This document shows positions 1-15,000 of a stretch of 64,000 bases of DNA, piece after piece (position 1 is the stretch's first letter; every line of letters begins with the position of its first letter). Made by a program: the position numbers and the translations under genes. The notes beneath the pieces were generated by a model. The model did no database searches, was not told where the DNA came from, and worked only from the letters and a program-made list of their open reading frames with translations. This DNA is from Lytechinus pictus. Lineage: Eukaryota. The stretch lies in NCBI RefSeq assembly GCF_037042905.1, contig NC_087245.1, positions 23,128,001 through 23,192,000 of the forward strand. The letters are read 5' to 3'.

Positions 1-3000
1 GAATGAAAATGTGATTATCTTTAGAGTGATCGTTCCCCCGACCCCGCCACTTAAAGCACATTCGCTCCGTCCCTGAATGGTTTCAAAACAATAAAGGTGG
101 CTTTACTGCAGAGCAGAAGCTCATTTTTTTTGCCTCAATAGGGGCTCCATAGTAGCAGATTTTTCCCATAAATACGCAAAATAAAAAAATGGGGTGGGTG
201 ACCTCGGCAGTTGTCAGAGAAAGAACAGAAGTTATTGGCTGGTGAAACTATTTACTGCAAATGGAATCATCATTAAGGTTATCTTACCCCAACTCCACCA
301 CTTGAAATACCCACGATCCGCCCCTGAATGAAATGTTCAAACAAAGTACATTAAAAGATAATAAGCATTTAATTTTGTGTTTGTTTTTATAGTAAGTGAC
401 AGCGGTAACAGCGGTAAGTAGTTTGAAAGTGCAATTGATCTAAAAATCGGCACAAATTGGCCCCTCCATCTTCTGCGAATTAGTTTCATAATCGAAAATC
501 AAGTGAAGTCAGAGAATAACTATTCAATGAAAATGTGATTATCTTAAGCATGATCGTTCCCCCTACCCCGATACTTGAAGCACACTCGCCCTTATCCCTG
601 AGCGGTTTCCATGACAATAAAAGTGGCTTTACAACATAGTAAAAGCTTGTTTTTTTGCCTCAATAAGGGCTCAATAATGATATTATTTTGGAATGTTTTG
701 TCAAAATCTGTCAAAAATTTGATTTCTTTTAAGTAAAAACGTCATTTGTTCTCACAGCTCTTAAGACATTTTGCCACATATGCCATGTCTAGCTCCCTCA
801 TTTTATTTTTTTGGTGGTGGTGGAGGGGGGGGGGGGGTTGAGTCCCTACATCACTGGTAATGAGTTTGGTTCTGATCAGATTATATCGCCAGTAAATAAG
901 AAACTATTCATTCATGCAATGTTGGATCCCAAAATAGTTTCAAAGAACAGAGGTTATTGGCTGGTGAAACTATTTTTTTTAAGAATAGGAACATCATTAA
1001 GGTTATCTTGCCCAAACTCCTACAAGTGAAATACCCATCATCCGCCCCTGAATGAAATGTTAAAACAATGAACATTTAAAGATATTAAGCATTTTATTAA
1101 TGTTTGTTTTTATAGGCAGTGACAGTGGTAACAGCGGTAAGTAGTATGGAAGTGCAATTGATCTAAAAATCGGCACAAATTGGCCCCTCCATCTTCTTCT
1201 AATTAGTTTCATAATCGAAAATCAAGTGAAGTCAGAGAATAACTATTCAATGAAAATGTGATTATCTTAAGCATGATCGTTCCCCCTACCCCGATACTTG
1301 AAGCACACTCGCCCTTATCCCTGAGCGGTTTCCATGACAATAAAAGTGGCTTTACAATATAGTAAAAGCTTGTTTTTTGCCTCAATAAGGGCACCATAAT
1401 GATATTATTTTTGGAATGTTTTGTCAAAATCTGTCAAAAATTTGATTTCTTTTAAGTAAAAACGTCATTTGTTCTCACAGCTCTTAATACATTTTGCCCA
1501 ATATGCCATGTCTGGCCCCTCATTCTTTTTTTGGTGGTGGTGGGGGGGGGGGGGGGGTTGAATCCCTACATCACTGGTAATGAGTTTGGTTCTGATCAGA
1601 TTATATCGCCAGTAAATAAGAAATTATTCATTCATGCAATTTTGGATCCCAAAGTAGTTTCAAAGAACAGAGGTTATTGGCTGGTGAAACTATTTTTTTA
1701 AAGAATAGGATCATCATTAAGGTTATCTTTAAGATCACCATTAAGGTAATCTTGCCCCAACTCCACCAAGTGAAATACCCACCATCCGCCCCTGAATGAA
1801 ATGTTAAAACAATGTACATTAAAAGATATTAAGCATTTTATTTATGTTTGTTTTTATAGGCAGTGACAGCGGTAAGAGCGGTAAGTAGTTTGGAAGTGCA
1901 ATTGGTTTAAAAATCGGCACAAAATGACCCCCTCAACTTCAGCTAATTACTCTCATGATGAAACAAATTAAAAAAAATAATAGAATATCAAGTGGAGTCG
2001 GATTATAGTTATTGAATGAAAATGTGATTATCTTTAGAGTGATCGTTCCCCCGACCCCGCCACTTAAAGCACATTCGCTCCGTCCCTGAATGGTTTCAAA
2101 ACAATAAAGGTGGCTTTACTGCAGAGCAGAAGCTCATTTTTTTTGCCTCAATAGGGGCTCCATAGTAGCAGATTTTTCCCATAAATACGCAAAATAAAAA
2201 AATGGGGTGGGTGACCTCGGCAGTTGTCAGAGAAAGAACAGAAGTTATTGGCTGGTGAAACTATTTACTGCAAATGGAATCATCATTAAGGTTATCTTAC
2301 CCCAACTCCACCACTTGAAATACCCACGATCCGCCCCTGAATGAAATGTTCAAACAAAGTACATTAAAAGATAATAAGCATTTAATTTTGTGTTTGTTTT
2401 TATAGTAAGTGACAGCGGTAACAGCGGTAAGTAGTTTGAAAGTGCAATTGATCTAAAAATCGGCACAAATTGGCCCCTCCATCTTCTGCTAATTAGTTTC
2501 ATAATCGAAAATCAAGTGAAGTCAGAGAATAACTATTCAATGAAAATGTGATTATCTTAAGCATGATCGTTCCCCCTACCCCGATACTTGAAGCACACTC
2601 GCCCTTATCCCTGAGCGGTTTCCATGACAATAAAAGTGGCTTTACAACATAGTAAAAGCTTGTTTTTTTGCCTCAATAAGGGCTCCATAATGATATTATT
2701 TTGGAATGTTTTGTCAAAATCTGTCAAAAATTTGATTTCTTTTAAGTAAAAACGTCATTTGTTCTCACAGCTCTTAAGACATTTTGCCACATATGCCATG
2801 TCTAGCTCCCTCATTTTATTTTTTTGGTGGTGGTGGAGGGGGGGGGGGGTTGAGTCCCTACATCACTGGTAATGAGTTTGGTTCTGATCAGATTATATCG
2901 CCAGTAAATAAGAAATTATTCATTCATGCAATGTTGGATCCCAAAATAGTTTCAAAGAACAGAGGTTATTGGCTGGTGAAACTATTTTTTTAAGAATAGG

Positions 3001-6000
3001 ATCATCATTAAGGTTATCTTGCCCGAACTCCTCCGAGTGAAATACCCACCATCCGCCCCTGAATGAAATGTTAAAACAATGTACATTAAAAGATATTAAG
3101 CATTTTATTTATGTTTGTTTTTATAGGCAGTGACAGCGGTAAGAGCGGTAAGTAGTTTGGAAGTGCAATTGGTTTAAAAATCGGCACAAAATGACCCCCT
3201 CAACTTCAGCTAATTACTCTCATGATGAAACAAATTAAAAAAAATAATAGAATATCAAGTGGAGTCGGATTATAGTTATTGAATGAAAATGTGATTATCT
3301 TTAGAGTGATCGTTCCCCCGACCCCGCCACTTAAAGCACATTCGCTCCGTCCCTGAATGGTTTCAAAACAATAAAGGTGGCTTTACTGCAGAGCAGAAGC
3401 TCATTTTTTTTGCCTCAATAGGGGCTCCATAGTAGCAGATTTTTCCCATAAATACGCAAAATAAAAAAATGGGGTGGGTGACCTCGGCAGTTGTCAGAGA
3501 AAGAACAGAAGTTATTGGCTGGTGAAACTATTTACTGCAAATGGAATCATCATTAAGGTTATCTTACCCCAACTCCACCACTTGAAATACCCACGATCCG
3601 CCCCTGAATGAAATGTTCAAACAAAGTACATTAAAAGATAATAAGCATTTAATTTTGTGTTTGTTTTTATAGTAAGTGACAGCGGTAACAGCGGTAAGTA
3701 GTTTGAAAGTGCAATTGATCTAAAAATCGGCACAAATTGGCCCCTCCATCTTCTGCGAATTAGTTTCATAATCGAAAATCAAGTGAAGTCAGAGAATAAC
3801 TATTCAATGAAAATGTGATTATCTTAAGCATGATCGTTCCCCCTACCCCGATACTTGAAGCACACTCGCCCTTATCCCTGAGCGGTTTCCATGACAATAA
3901 AAGTGGCTTTACAACATAGTAAAAGCTTGTTTTTTTGCCTCAATAAGGGCTCAATAATGATATTATTTTGGAATGTTTTGTCAAAATCTGTCAAAAATTT
4001 GATTTCTTTTAAGTAAAAACGTCATTTGTTCTCACAGCTCTTAAGACATTTTGCCACATATGCCATGTCTAGCTCCCTCATTTTATTTTTTTGGTGGTGG
4101 TGGAGGGGGGGGGGGGGGGTTGAGTCCCTACATCACTTGTAATGAGTTTGGTTCTGATCAGATTATATCGCCAGTAAATAAGAAATTATTCATTCATGCA
4201 ATGTTGGATCCCAAAATAGTTTCAAAGAACAGAGGTTATTGGCTGGTGAAACTATTTTTTTAAGAATAGGATCATCATTAAGGTTATCTTGCCCGAACTC
4301 CTCCGAGTGAAATACCACCAACCGCCCCTGAATGAAATGTTAAAACAATGTACATTTAAAGATATTAAGCATTTTATTAATGTTTGTTTTATAGGCAGTG
4401 ACAGCGGTAACAGCGGTAAGTAGTATGGAAGTGCAATTGATCTAAAAATCGGCACAAATTAGCCCCTCCATCTTCTGCTAATTAGTTTCATAATCGAAAA
4501 TCAAGTGAAGTCAGAGAATAACTATTCAATGAAAATGTGACTATCTTAAGCATGATCGTTCCCCCTACCCCGATTCTTGAAGCACACTCGCCCTTATCCC
4601 TGAGCGGTTTCCATGACAATAAAAGTGGCTTTACAACATAGTAAAAGCTTGTTTTTTGCCTCAATAAGGGCTCCATAATTATATTATTTTTGGAATGTTT
4701 TGTCAAAATCTGTCAAAAATTTGATTTCTTTTAAGTAAAAACGTCATTTGTTCTCACAGCTCTTAAGACATTTTGCCACATATGCCATGTCTAGCCCCCT
4801 CATTCTTTTTTTTTTTTTGGTAATGGTGGAGGGGGGGGGGTTGAGTCCCTACATCACTGGTAATGAGTTTGGTTCTGATCAGATTATATCGCCAGTAAAT
4901 AAGAAATTATTCATTCATGCAATGTTGGATCCCAAAATAGTTTCAAAGAACAGAGGTTATTGGCTGGTGAAACTATTTTTTTAAGAATAGGAACATCATT
5001 AAGGTTATCTTGCCCGAACTCCTCCAAGTGAAATACCCACCATCCGCCCCTGAATGAAATGTTAAAACAATGTACATTTAAAGATATTAAGCATTTGATT
5101 AATTTTTGTTTTTATAGGCAGTGATAGTGGTAACAGCGGTAAGTAGTATGGAAGTGCAATTGATCTAAAAATCGGCACAAATTGGCCCCTCCATCTTCTG
5201 CTAATTAGTTTCATTATCGAAAATCAAGTGAAGTCAGAGAATAACTATTCAATGAAAATGTGATTATCTTAAGCATGATCGTTCCCCCTACCCCGATACT
5301 TGAAGCACACTCGCCCTTATCCCTGAGCGGTTTCCATGACAATAAAAGTGGCTTTACAACATAGTAAAAGCTTGTTTTTTGCCTCAATAAGGGCTCCATA
5401 ATGATATTATTTTTGGAATGTTTTGTCAAAATCTGTCAAAAATTTGATTTCTTTTAAGTAAAAACGTCATTTGTTCTCACAGCTCTTAAGACATTTTGCC
5501 CAATATGCCATGTCTGGCCCCTCATTCTTTTGTTGGTGGTGGTGGAGGGTGGGGGGGGGGGGGAAATCCCTACATCACTGGTAATGAGTTTGGTTCTGAT
5601 CAGATTATATCGCCAGTAAATAAGAAATTATTCATTCATGCAATGTTGGATCCCAAAATAGTTTCAAAGAACAGAGGTTATTGGCTGGTGAAACTATTTT
5701 TTTAAGAATAGGAACATCATTAAGGTTATCTTGCCCGAACTCCTCCAAGTGAAATACCCATCATCCGCCCCTGAATGAAATGTTAAAACAATGTACATTT
5801 AAAGATATTAAGCATTTTATTAATGTTTGTTTTTATAGGCAGTGACAGCGGTAACAGCGGTAAGTAGTATGGAAGTGCAATTGATCTAAAAATCGGCACA
5901 AATTGGCCCCTCCATCTTCTGCTAATTAGTTTCATAATCGAAAATCAAGTGAAGTCAGAGAATAACTATTCAATGAAAATGTGATTATCTTAAGCATGAT

Positions 6001-9000
6001 CGTTCCCCCTACCCCGATACTTGAAGCACACTCGCCCTTATCCCTGAGCGGTTTCCATGACAATAAAAGTGGCTTTACAACATAGTAAAAGCTTGTTTTT
6101 TGCCTCAATAAGGGCTCCATAATGATATTATTTTTGGAATGTTTTGTCAAAATCTGTCAAAAATTTGATTTCTTTTAAGTAAAAACGTCATTTGTTCTCA
6201 CAGCTCTTAATACATTTTGCCCAATATGCCATGTCTGGCCCCTCATTCTTTTTTTGGTGGTGGTGGGGGGGGGGGGGTTGAATCCCTACATCACTGGTAA
6301 TGAGTTTGGTTCTGATCAGATTATATCGCCAGTAAATAAGAAATTATTCATTCATGCAATTTTGGATCCCAAAGTAGTTTCAAAGAACAGAGGTTATTGG
6401 CTGGTGAAACTATTTTTTTAAAGAATAGGATCATCATTAAGGTTATCTTTAAGATCACCATTAAGGTAATCTTGCCCCAACTCCACCAAGTGAAATACCC
6501 ACCATCCGCCCCTGAATGATATGTTAAAACAATGTACATTAAAAGATATTAAGCATTTTATTTATGTTTGTTTTTATAGGCAGTGACAGCGGTAAGAGCG
6601 GTAAGTAGTTTGGAAGTGCAATTGGTTTAAAAATCGGCACAAAATGACCCCCTCAACTTCAGCTAATTACTCTCATGATGAAACAAATTAAAAAAAAAAA
6701 TAGAATATCAAGTGGAGTCGGATTATAGTTATTGAATGAAAATGTGATTATCTTTAGAGTGATCGTTCCCCCGACCCCGCTACTTAAAGCACATTCGCTC
6801 CGTCCCTGAATGGTTTCAAAACAATAAAGGTGGCTTTACTGCAGAGCAGAAGCTCATTTTTTTTTTGCCTCAATAGGGGCTCCATAGTAGCAGATTTTTC
6901 CCATAAATACGCAAAATAAAAAAATGGGGTGGGTGACCTCGGCAGTTGTCAGAGAAAGAACAGAAGTTATTGGCTGGTGAAACTATTTACTGCAAATGGA
7001 ATCATCATTAAGGTTATCTTACCCCAACTCCACCACTTGAAATACCCACGATCCGCCCCTGAATGAAATGTTCAAACAAAGTACATTAAAAGATAATAAG
7101 CATTTAATTTTGTGTTTGTTTTTATAGTAAGTGACAGCGGTAACAGCGGTAAGTAGTTTGAAAGTGCAATTGATCTAAAAATCGGCACAAATTGGCCCCT
7201 CCATCTTCCGCTAATTAGTTTCATAATCGAAAATCAAGTGAAGTCAGAGAATAACTATTTTATGAAAATGTGATTATCTTAAGCATGATCGTTCCCCCTA
7301 CCCCGATACTTGAAGCACACTCGCCCTTATCCCTGAGCGGTTTCCATGACAATAAAAGTGGCTTTACAACATAGTAAAAGCTTGTTTTTTTGCCTCAATA
7401 AGGGCTCCATAATGATATTATTTTGGAATGTTTTGTCAAAATCAGTCAAAAATTTGATTTCTTTTAAGTAAAAACGTCATTTGTTCTCACAGCTCTTAAG
7501 ACATTTTGCCACATATGCCATGTCTAGCCCCCTCATTTTATTTTTTTGGTGGTGGTGGAGGGGGGGGGGGTTGAGTCCCTACATCACTGGTAATGAGTTT
7601 GGTTCTGATCAGATTATATCGCCAGTAAATAAGAAATTATTCATTCATGCAATGTTGGATCCCAAAATAGTTTCAAAGAACAGAGGTTATTGGCTGGTGA
7701 AACTATTTTTTTAAGAATAGGATCATCATTAAGGTTATCTTGCCCGAACTCCTCCGAGTGAAATACCACCAACCGCCCCTGAATGAAATGTTAAAACAAT
7801 GTACATTTAAAGATATTAAGCATTTTATTAATGTTTGTTTTATAGGCAGTGACAGCGGTAACAGCGGTAAGTAGTATGGAAGTGCAATTGATCTAAAAAT
7901 CGGCACAAATTAGCCCCTCCATCTTCTGCTAATTAGTTTCATAATCGAAAATCAAGTGAAGTCAGAGAATAACTATTCAATGAAAATGTGACTATCTTAA
8001 GCATTATCGTTCCCCCTACCCCGATACTTGAAGCACACTCGCCCTTATCCCTGAGCGGTTTCCATGACAATAAAAGTGGCTTTACAACATAGTAAAAGCT
8101 TGTTTTTTGCCTCAATAAGGGCTCAATAATTATATTATTTTTGGAATGTTTTGTCAAAATCTGTCAAAAATTTGATTTCTTTTAAGTAAAAACGTCATTT
8201 GTTCTCACAGCTCTTAAGACATTTTGCCACATATGCCATGTCTAGCCCCCTCATTCTTTTTTTTTTTTGGTAATGGTGGAGGAGGGGTTGAGTCCCTACA
8301 TCACTGGTAATGAGTTTGGTTCTGATCAGATTATATCGCCAGTAAATAAGAAATTATTCATTCATGCAATGTTGGATCCCAAAATAGTTTCAAAGAACAG
8401 AGGTTATTGGCTGGTGAAACTATTTTTTTAAGAATAGGAACATCATTAAGGTTATCTTGCCCGAACTCCTCCAAGTGAAATACCCATTATCCGCCCCTGA
8501 ATGAAATGTTAAAACAATGTACATTTAAAGATATTAAGCATTTGATTAATTTTTGTTTTTATAGGCAGTGATAGTGGTAACAGCGGTAAGTAGTATGGAA
8601 GTGCAATTGATCTAAAAATCGGCACAAATTGGCCCCTCCATCTTCTGCTAATTAGTTTCATTATCGAAAATCAAGTGAAGTCAGAGAATAACTATTCAAT
8701 GAAAATGTGATTATCTTAAGCATGATCGTTCCCCCTACCCCGATACTTGAAGCACACTCGCCCTTATCCCTGAGCGGTTTCCATGACAATAAAAGTGGCT
8801 TTACAACATAGTAAAAGCTTGTTTTTTGCCTCAATAAGGGCACCATAATGATATTATTTTTGAATGTTTTGTCAAAATCTGTCAAAAATTTGATTTCTTT
8901 TAAGTAAAAACGTCATTTGTTCTCACAGCTCTTAAGACATTTTGCCACATATGCCATGTCTAGCCCCCTCATTCTTTTTTTTTTTGGTAATGGTGGAGGA

Positions 9001-12000
9001 GGGGTTGAGTCCCTACATCACTGGTAATGAGTTTGGTTCTGATCAGATTATATCGCCAGTAAATAAGAAATTATTCATTCATGCAATGTTGGATCCCAAA
9101 GTAGTTTCAAAGAACAGAGGTTATTGGCTGGTGAAACTATTTTTTTAAAGAATAGGATCATCATTAAGGTTATCTTTAAGATCACCATTAAGGTAATCTT
9201 GCCCCAACTCCACCAAGTGAAATACCCACCATCCGCCCCTGAATGAAATGTTAAAACAATGTACATTAAAAGATATTAAGCATTTTATTTATGTTTGTTT
9301 TTATAGGCAGTGACAGCGGTAACAGCGGTAAGTAGTATGGAAGTGCAATTGATCTAAAAATCGGCACAAATTGGCCCCTCCATCTTCTGCTAATTAGTTT
9401 CATAATCGAAAATCAAGTGAAGTCAGAGAATAACTATTCAATGAAAATGTGATTATCTTAAGCATGATCGTTCCCCCTACCCCGATACTTGAAGCACACT
9501 CGCCCTTATCCCTGAGCGGTTTCCATGACAATAAAAGTGGCTTTACAACATAGTAAAAGCTTGTTTTTTGCCTCAATAAGGGCTCCATAATGATATTATT
9601 TTTGGAATGTTTTGTCAAAATCTGTCAAAAATTTGATTTCTTTTAAGTAAAAACGTCATTTGTTCTCACAGCTCTTAAGACATTTTGCCCAATATGCCAT
9701 GTCTGGCCCCTCATTCTTTTGTTGGTGGTGGTGGAGGGTGGGGGGGGGGGGAAATCCCTACATCACTGGTAATGAGTTTGGTTCTGATCAGATTATATCG
9801 CCAGTAAATAAGAAATTATTCATTCATGCAATGTTGGATCCCAAAATAGTTTCAAAGAACAGAGGTTATTGGCTGGTGAAACTATTTTTTTAAGAATAGG
9901 AACATCATTAAGGTTATCTTGCCCGAACTCCTCCAAGTGAAATACCCATCATCCGCCCCTGAATGAAATGTTAAAACAATGTACATTTAAAGATATTAAG
10001 CATTTTATTAATGTTTGTTTTTATAGGCAGTGACAGCGGTAACAGCGGTAAGTAGTATGGAAGTGCAATTGATCTAAAAATCGGCACAAATTGGCCCCTC
10101 CATCTTCTGCTAATTAGTTTCATAATCGAAAATCAAGTGAAGTCAGAGAATAACTATTCAATGAAAATGTGATTATCTTAAGCATGATCGTTCCCCCTAC
10201 CCCGATACTTGAAGCACACTCGCCCTTATCCCTGAGCGGTTTCCATGACAATAAAAGTGGCTTTACAACATAGTAAAAGCTTGTTTTTTGCCTCAATAAG
10301 GGCTCCATAATGATATTATTTTTGGAATGTTTTGTCAAAATCTGTCAAAAATTTGATTTCTTTTAAGTAAAAACGTCATTTGTTCTCACAGCTCTTAATA
10401 CATTTTGCCCAATATGCCATGTCTGGCCCCTCATTCTTTTTTTGGTGGTGGTGGGGGGGGGGGGGGTTGAATCCCTACATCACTGGTAATGAGTTTGGTT
10501 CTGATCAGATTATATCGCCAGTAAATAAGAAATTATTCATTCATGCAATTTTGGATCCCAAAGTAGTTTCAAAGAACAGAGGTTATTGGCTGGTGAAACT
10601 ATTTTTTTAAAGAATAGGATCATCATTAAGGTTATCTTTAAGATCACCATTAAGGTAATCTTGCCCCAACTCCACCAAGTGAAATACCCACCATCCGCCC
10701 CTGAATGATATGTTAAAACAATGTACATTAAAAGATATTAAGCATTTTATTTATGTTTGTTTTTATAGGCAGTGACAGCGGTAAGAGCGGTAAGTAGTTT
10801 GGAAGTGCAATTGGTTTAAAAATCGGCACAAAATGACCCCCTCAACTTCAGCTAATTACTCTCATGATGAAACAAATTAAAAAAAAAAATAGAATATCAA
10901 GTGGAGTCGGATTATAGTTATTGAATGAAAATGTGATTATCTTTAGAGTGATCGTTCCCCCGACCCCGCCACTTAAAGCACATTCGCTCCGTCCCTGAAT
11001 GGTTTCAAAACAATAAAGGTGGCTTTACTGCAGAGCAGAAGCTCATTTTTTTTTTGCCTCAATAGGGGCTCCATAGTAGCAGATTTTTCCCATAAATACG
11101 CAAAATAAAAAAATGGGGTGGGTGACCTCGGCAGTTGTCAGAGAAAGAACAGAAATTATTGGCTGGTGAAACTATTTACTGCAAATGGAATCATCATTAA
11201 GGTTATCTTACCCCAACTCCACCACTTGAAATACCCACGATCCGCCCCTGAATGAAATGTTCAAACAAAGTACATTAAAAGATAATAAGCATTTAATTTT
11301 GTGTTTGTTTTTATAGTAAGTGACAGCGGTAACAGCGGTAAGTAGTTTGAAAGTGCAATTGATCTAAAAATCGGCACAAATTGGCCCCTCCATCTTCTGC
11401 TAATTAGTTTCATAATCGAAAATCAAGTGAAGTCAGAGAATAACTATTCAATGAAAATGTGATTATCTTAAGCATGATCGTTCCCCCTACCCCGATACTT
11501 GAAGCACACTCGCCCTTATCCCTGAGCGGTTTCCATGACAATAAAAGTGGCTTTACAACATAGTAAAAGCTTGTTTTTTTGCCTCAATAAGGGCTCCATA
11601 ATGATATTATTTTAGAATGTTTTGTCAAAATCTGTCAAAAATTTGATTTCTTTTAAGTAAAAACGTCATTTGTTCTCACAGCTCTTAAGACATTTTGCCA
11701 CATATGCCATGTCTAGCCCCCTCATTTTATTTTTTTGGTGGTGGTGGAGGGGGGGGGGGTTGAGTCCCTACATCACTGGTAATGAGTTTGGTTCTGATCA
11801 GATTATATCGCCAGTAAATAAGAAATTATTCATTCATGCAATGTTGGATCCCAAAATAGTTTCAAAGAACAGAGGTTATTGGCTGGTGAAACTATTTTTT
11901 TAAGAATAGGAACATCATTAAGGTTATCTTGCCCGAACTCCTCCAAGTGAAATACCCATCATCCGCCCCTGAATGAAATGTTAAAACAATGTACATTTAA

Positions 12001-15000
12001 AGATATTAAGCATTTGATTAATTTTTGTTTTTATAGGCAGTGATAGTGGTAACAGCGGTAAGTAGTATGGAAGTGCAATTGATCTAAAAATCGGCACAAA
12101 TTGGCCCCTCCATCTTCTGCTAATTAGTTTCATAATCGAAAATCAAGTGAAGTCAGAGAGTAACTATTCAATGAAAATGTGATTATCTTAAGCATGATCG
12201 TTCCCCCTACCCCGATACTTGAAGCACACTCGCCCTTATCCCTGAGCGGTTTCCATGACAATAAAAGTGGCTTTACAACATAGTAAAAGCTTGTTTTTTG
12301 CCTCAATAAGGGCTCCATAATGATATTATTTTTGGAATGTTTTGTCAAAATCTGTCAAAAATTTGATTTCTTTTAAGTAAAAACGTCATTTGTTCTCACA
12401 GCTCTTAATACATTTTGCCCAATATGCCATGTCTGGCCCCTCATTCTTTTTTTTGGTGGTGGTGGGGGGGGGGGGGGTTGAATCCCTACATCACTGGTAA
12501 TGAGTTTGGTTCTGATCAGATTATATCGCCAGTAAATAAGAAATTATTCATTCATGCAATGTTGGATCCCAAAATAGTTTCAAAGAACAGAGGTTATTGG
12601 CTGGTGAAACTTTTTTTTTAAAGAATAGGATCATCATTAAGGTTATCTTACCCCAACTCCACCACTTGAAATACCCACCATCCGCCCCTGAATGAAATGT
12701 TCAAACAAAGTACATTAAAAGATATTAAGCATTTTATTTATGTTTGTTTTTATAGGTAGTGACAGCGGTAACAGCGGTAAGTAGTATGGAAGTGCAATTG
12801 ATCTAAAAATCGGCACAAATTGGCCCCTCCATCTTCTCCTAATTAGTTTCATAATCGAAAATCAAGTGAAGTCAGAGAATAACTATTCAATGAAAATGTG
12901 ATTATCTTAAGCATGATCGTTCCCCCTACCCCGATACTTGAAGCACACTCGCCCTTATCCCTGAGCGGTTTCCATGACAATAAAAGTGGCTTTACAACAT
13001 AGTAAAAGCTTGTTTTTTGCCTCAATAAGGGCTCCATAATGATATTATTTTTGGAATGTTTTGTCAAAATCTGTCAAAAATTTGATTTCTTTTAAGTAAA
13101 AACGTCATTTGTTCTCACAGCTCTTAATACATTTTGCCCAATATGCCATGTCTGGCCCCTCATTCTTTTTTTTGGTGGTGGTGGGGGGGGGGGGTTGAAT
13201 CCCTACATCACTGGTAATGAGTTTGGTTCTGATCAGATTATATCGCCAGTAAATAAGAAATTATTCATTCATGCAATGTTGGATCCCAAAGTAGTTTCAA
13301 AGAACAGAGGTTATTGGCTGGTGAAACTATTTTTTTAAAGAATAGGATCATCATTAAGGTTATCTTTAAGATCACCATTAAGGTAATCTTGCCCCAACTC
13401 CACCAAGTGAAATACCCACCATCCGCCCCTGAATGAAATGTTAAAACAATGTACATTAAAAGATATTAAGCATTTTATTTATGTTTGTTTTTATAGGCAG
13501 TGACAGCGGTAAGAGCGGTAAGTAGTTTGGAAGTGCAATTGGTTTAAAAATCGGCACAAAATGACCCCCTCAACTTCAGCTAATTACTCTCATGATGAAA
13601 CAAATTAAAAAAAATAATAGAATATCAAGTGGAGTCGGATTATAGTTATTGAATGAAAATGTGATTATCTTTAGAGTGATCGTTCCCCCGACCCCGCCAC
13701 TTAAAGCACATTCGCTCCGTCCCTGAATGGTTTCAAAACAATAAAGGTGGCTTTACTGAAGAGCAGAAGCTCATTTTTTTTGCCTCAATAGGGGCTCCAT
13801 AGTAGCAGATTTTTCCCATAAATACGCAAAATAAAAAAATGGGGTGGGTGACCTCGGCAGTTGTCAGAGAAAGAACAGAAATTATTGGCTGGTGAAACTA
13901 TTTACTGCAAATGGAATCATCATTAAGGTTATCTTACCCCAACTCCACCACTTGAAATACCCACGATCCGCCCCTGAATGAAATGTTCAAACAAAGTACA
14001 TTAAAAGATAATAAGCATTTAATTTTGTGTTTGTTTTTATAGTAAGTGACAGCGGTAACAGCGGTAAGTAGTTTGAAAGTGCAATTGATCTAAAAATCGG
14101 CACAAATTGGCCCCTCCATCTTCTGCTAATTAGTTTCATAATCGAAAATCAAGTGAAGTCAGAGAATAACTATTCAATGAAAATGTGATTATCTTAAGCA
14201 TGATCGTTCCCCCTACCCCGATACTTGAAGCACACTCGCCCTTATCCCTGAGCGGTTTCCATGACAATAAAAGTGGCTTTACAACATAGTAAAAGCTTGT
14301 TTTTTTGCCTCAATAAGGGCTCCATAATGATATTATTTTAGAATGTTTTGTCAAAATCTGTCAAAAATTTGATTTCTTTTAAGTAAAAACGTCATTTGTT
14401 CTCACAGCTCTTAAGACATTTTGCCACATATGCCATGTCTAGCCCCCTCATTTTATTTTTTTGGTGGTGGTGGAGGGGGGGGGGGGGGGGTTGAGTCCCT
14501 ACATCACTGGTAATGAGTTTGGTTCTGATCAGATTATATCGCCAGTAAATAAGAAATTATTCATTCATGCAATGTTGGATCCCAAAATAGTTTCAAAGAA
14601 CAGAGGTTATTGGCTGGTGAAACTATTTTTTTAAGAATAGGAACATCATTAAGGTTATCTTGCCCGAACTCCTCCAAGTGAAATACCCATCATCCGCCCC
14701 TGAATGAAATGTTAAAACAATGTACATTTAAAGATATTAAGCATTTGATTAATTTTTGTTTTTATAGGCAGTGACAGCGGTAACAGCGGTAAGTAGTATG
14801 GAAGTGCAATTGATCTAAAAATCGGCACAAATTGGCCCCTCCATCTTCTGCTAATTAGTTTCATAATCGAAAATCAAGTGAAGTCAGAGAATAACTATTC
14901 AATGAAAATGTGATTATCTTAAGCATGATCGTTCCCCCTACCCCGATACTTGAAGAACACTCGCCCTTATCCCTGAGCGGTTTCCATGACAATAAAAGTG

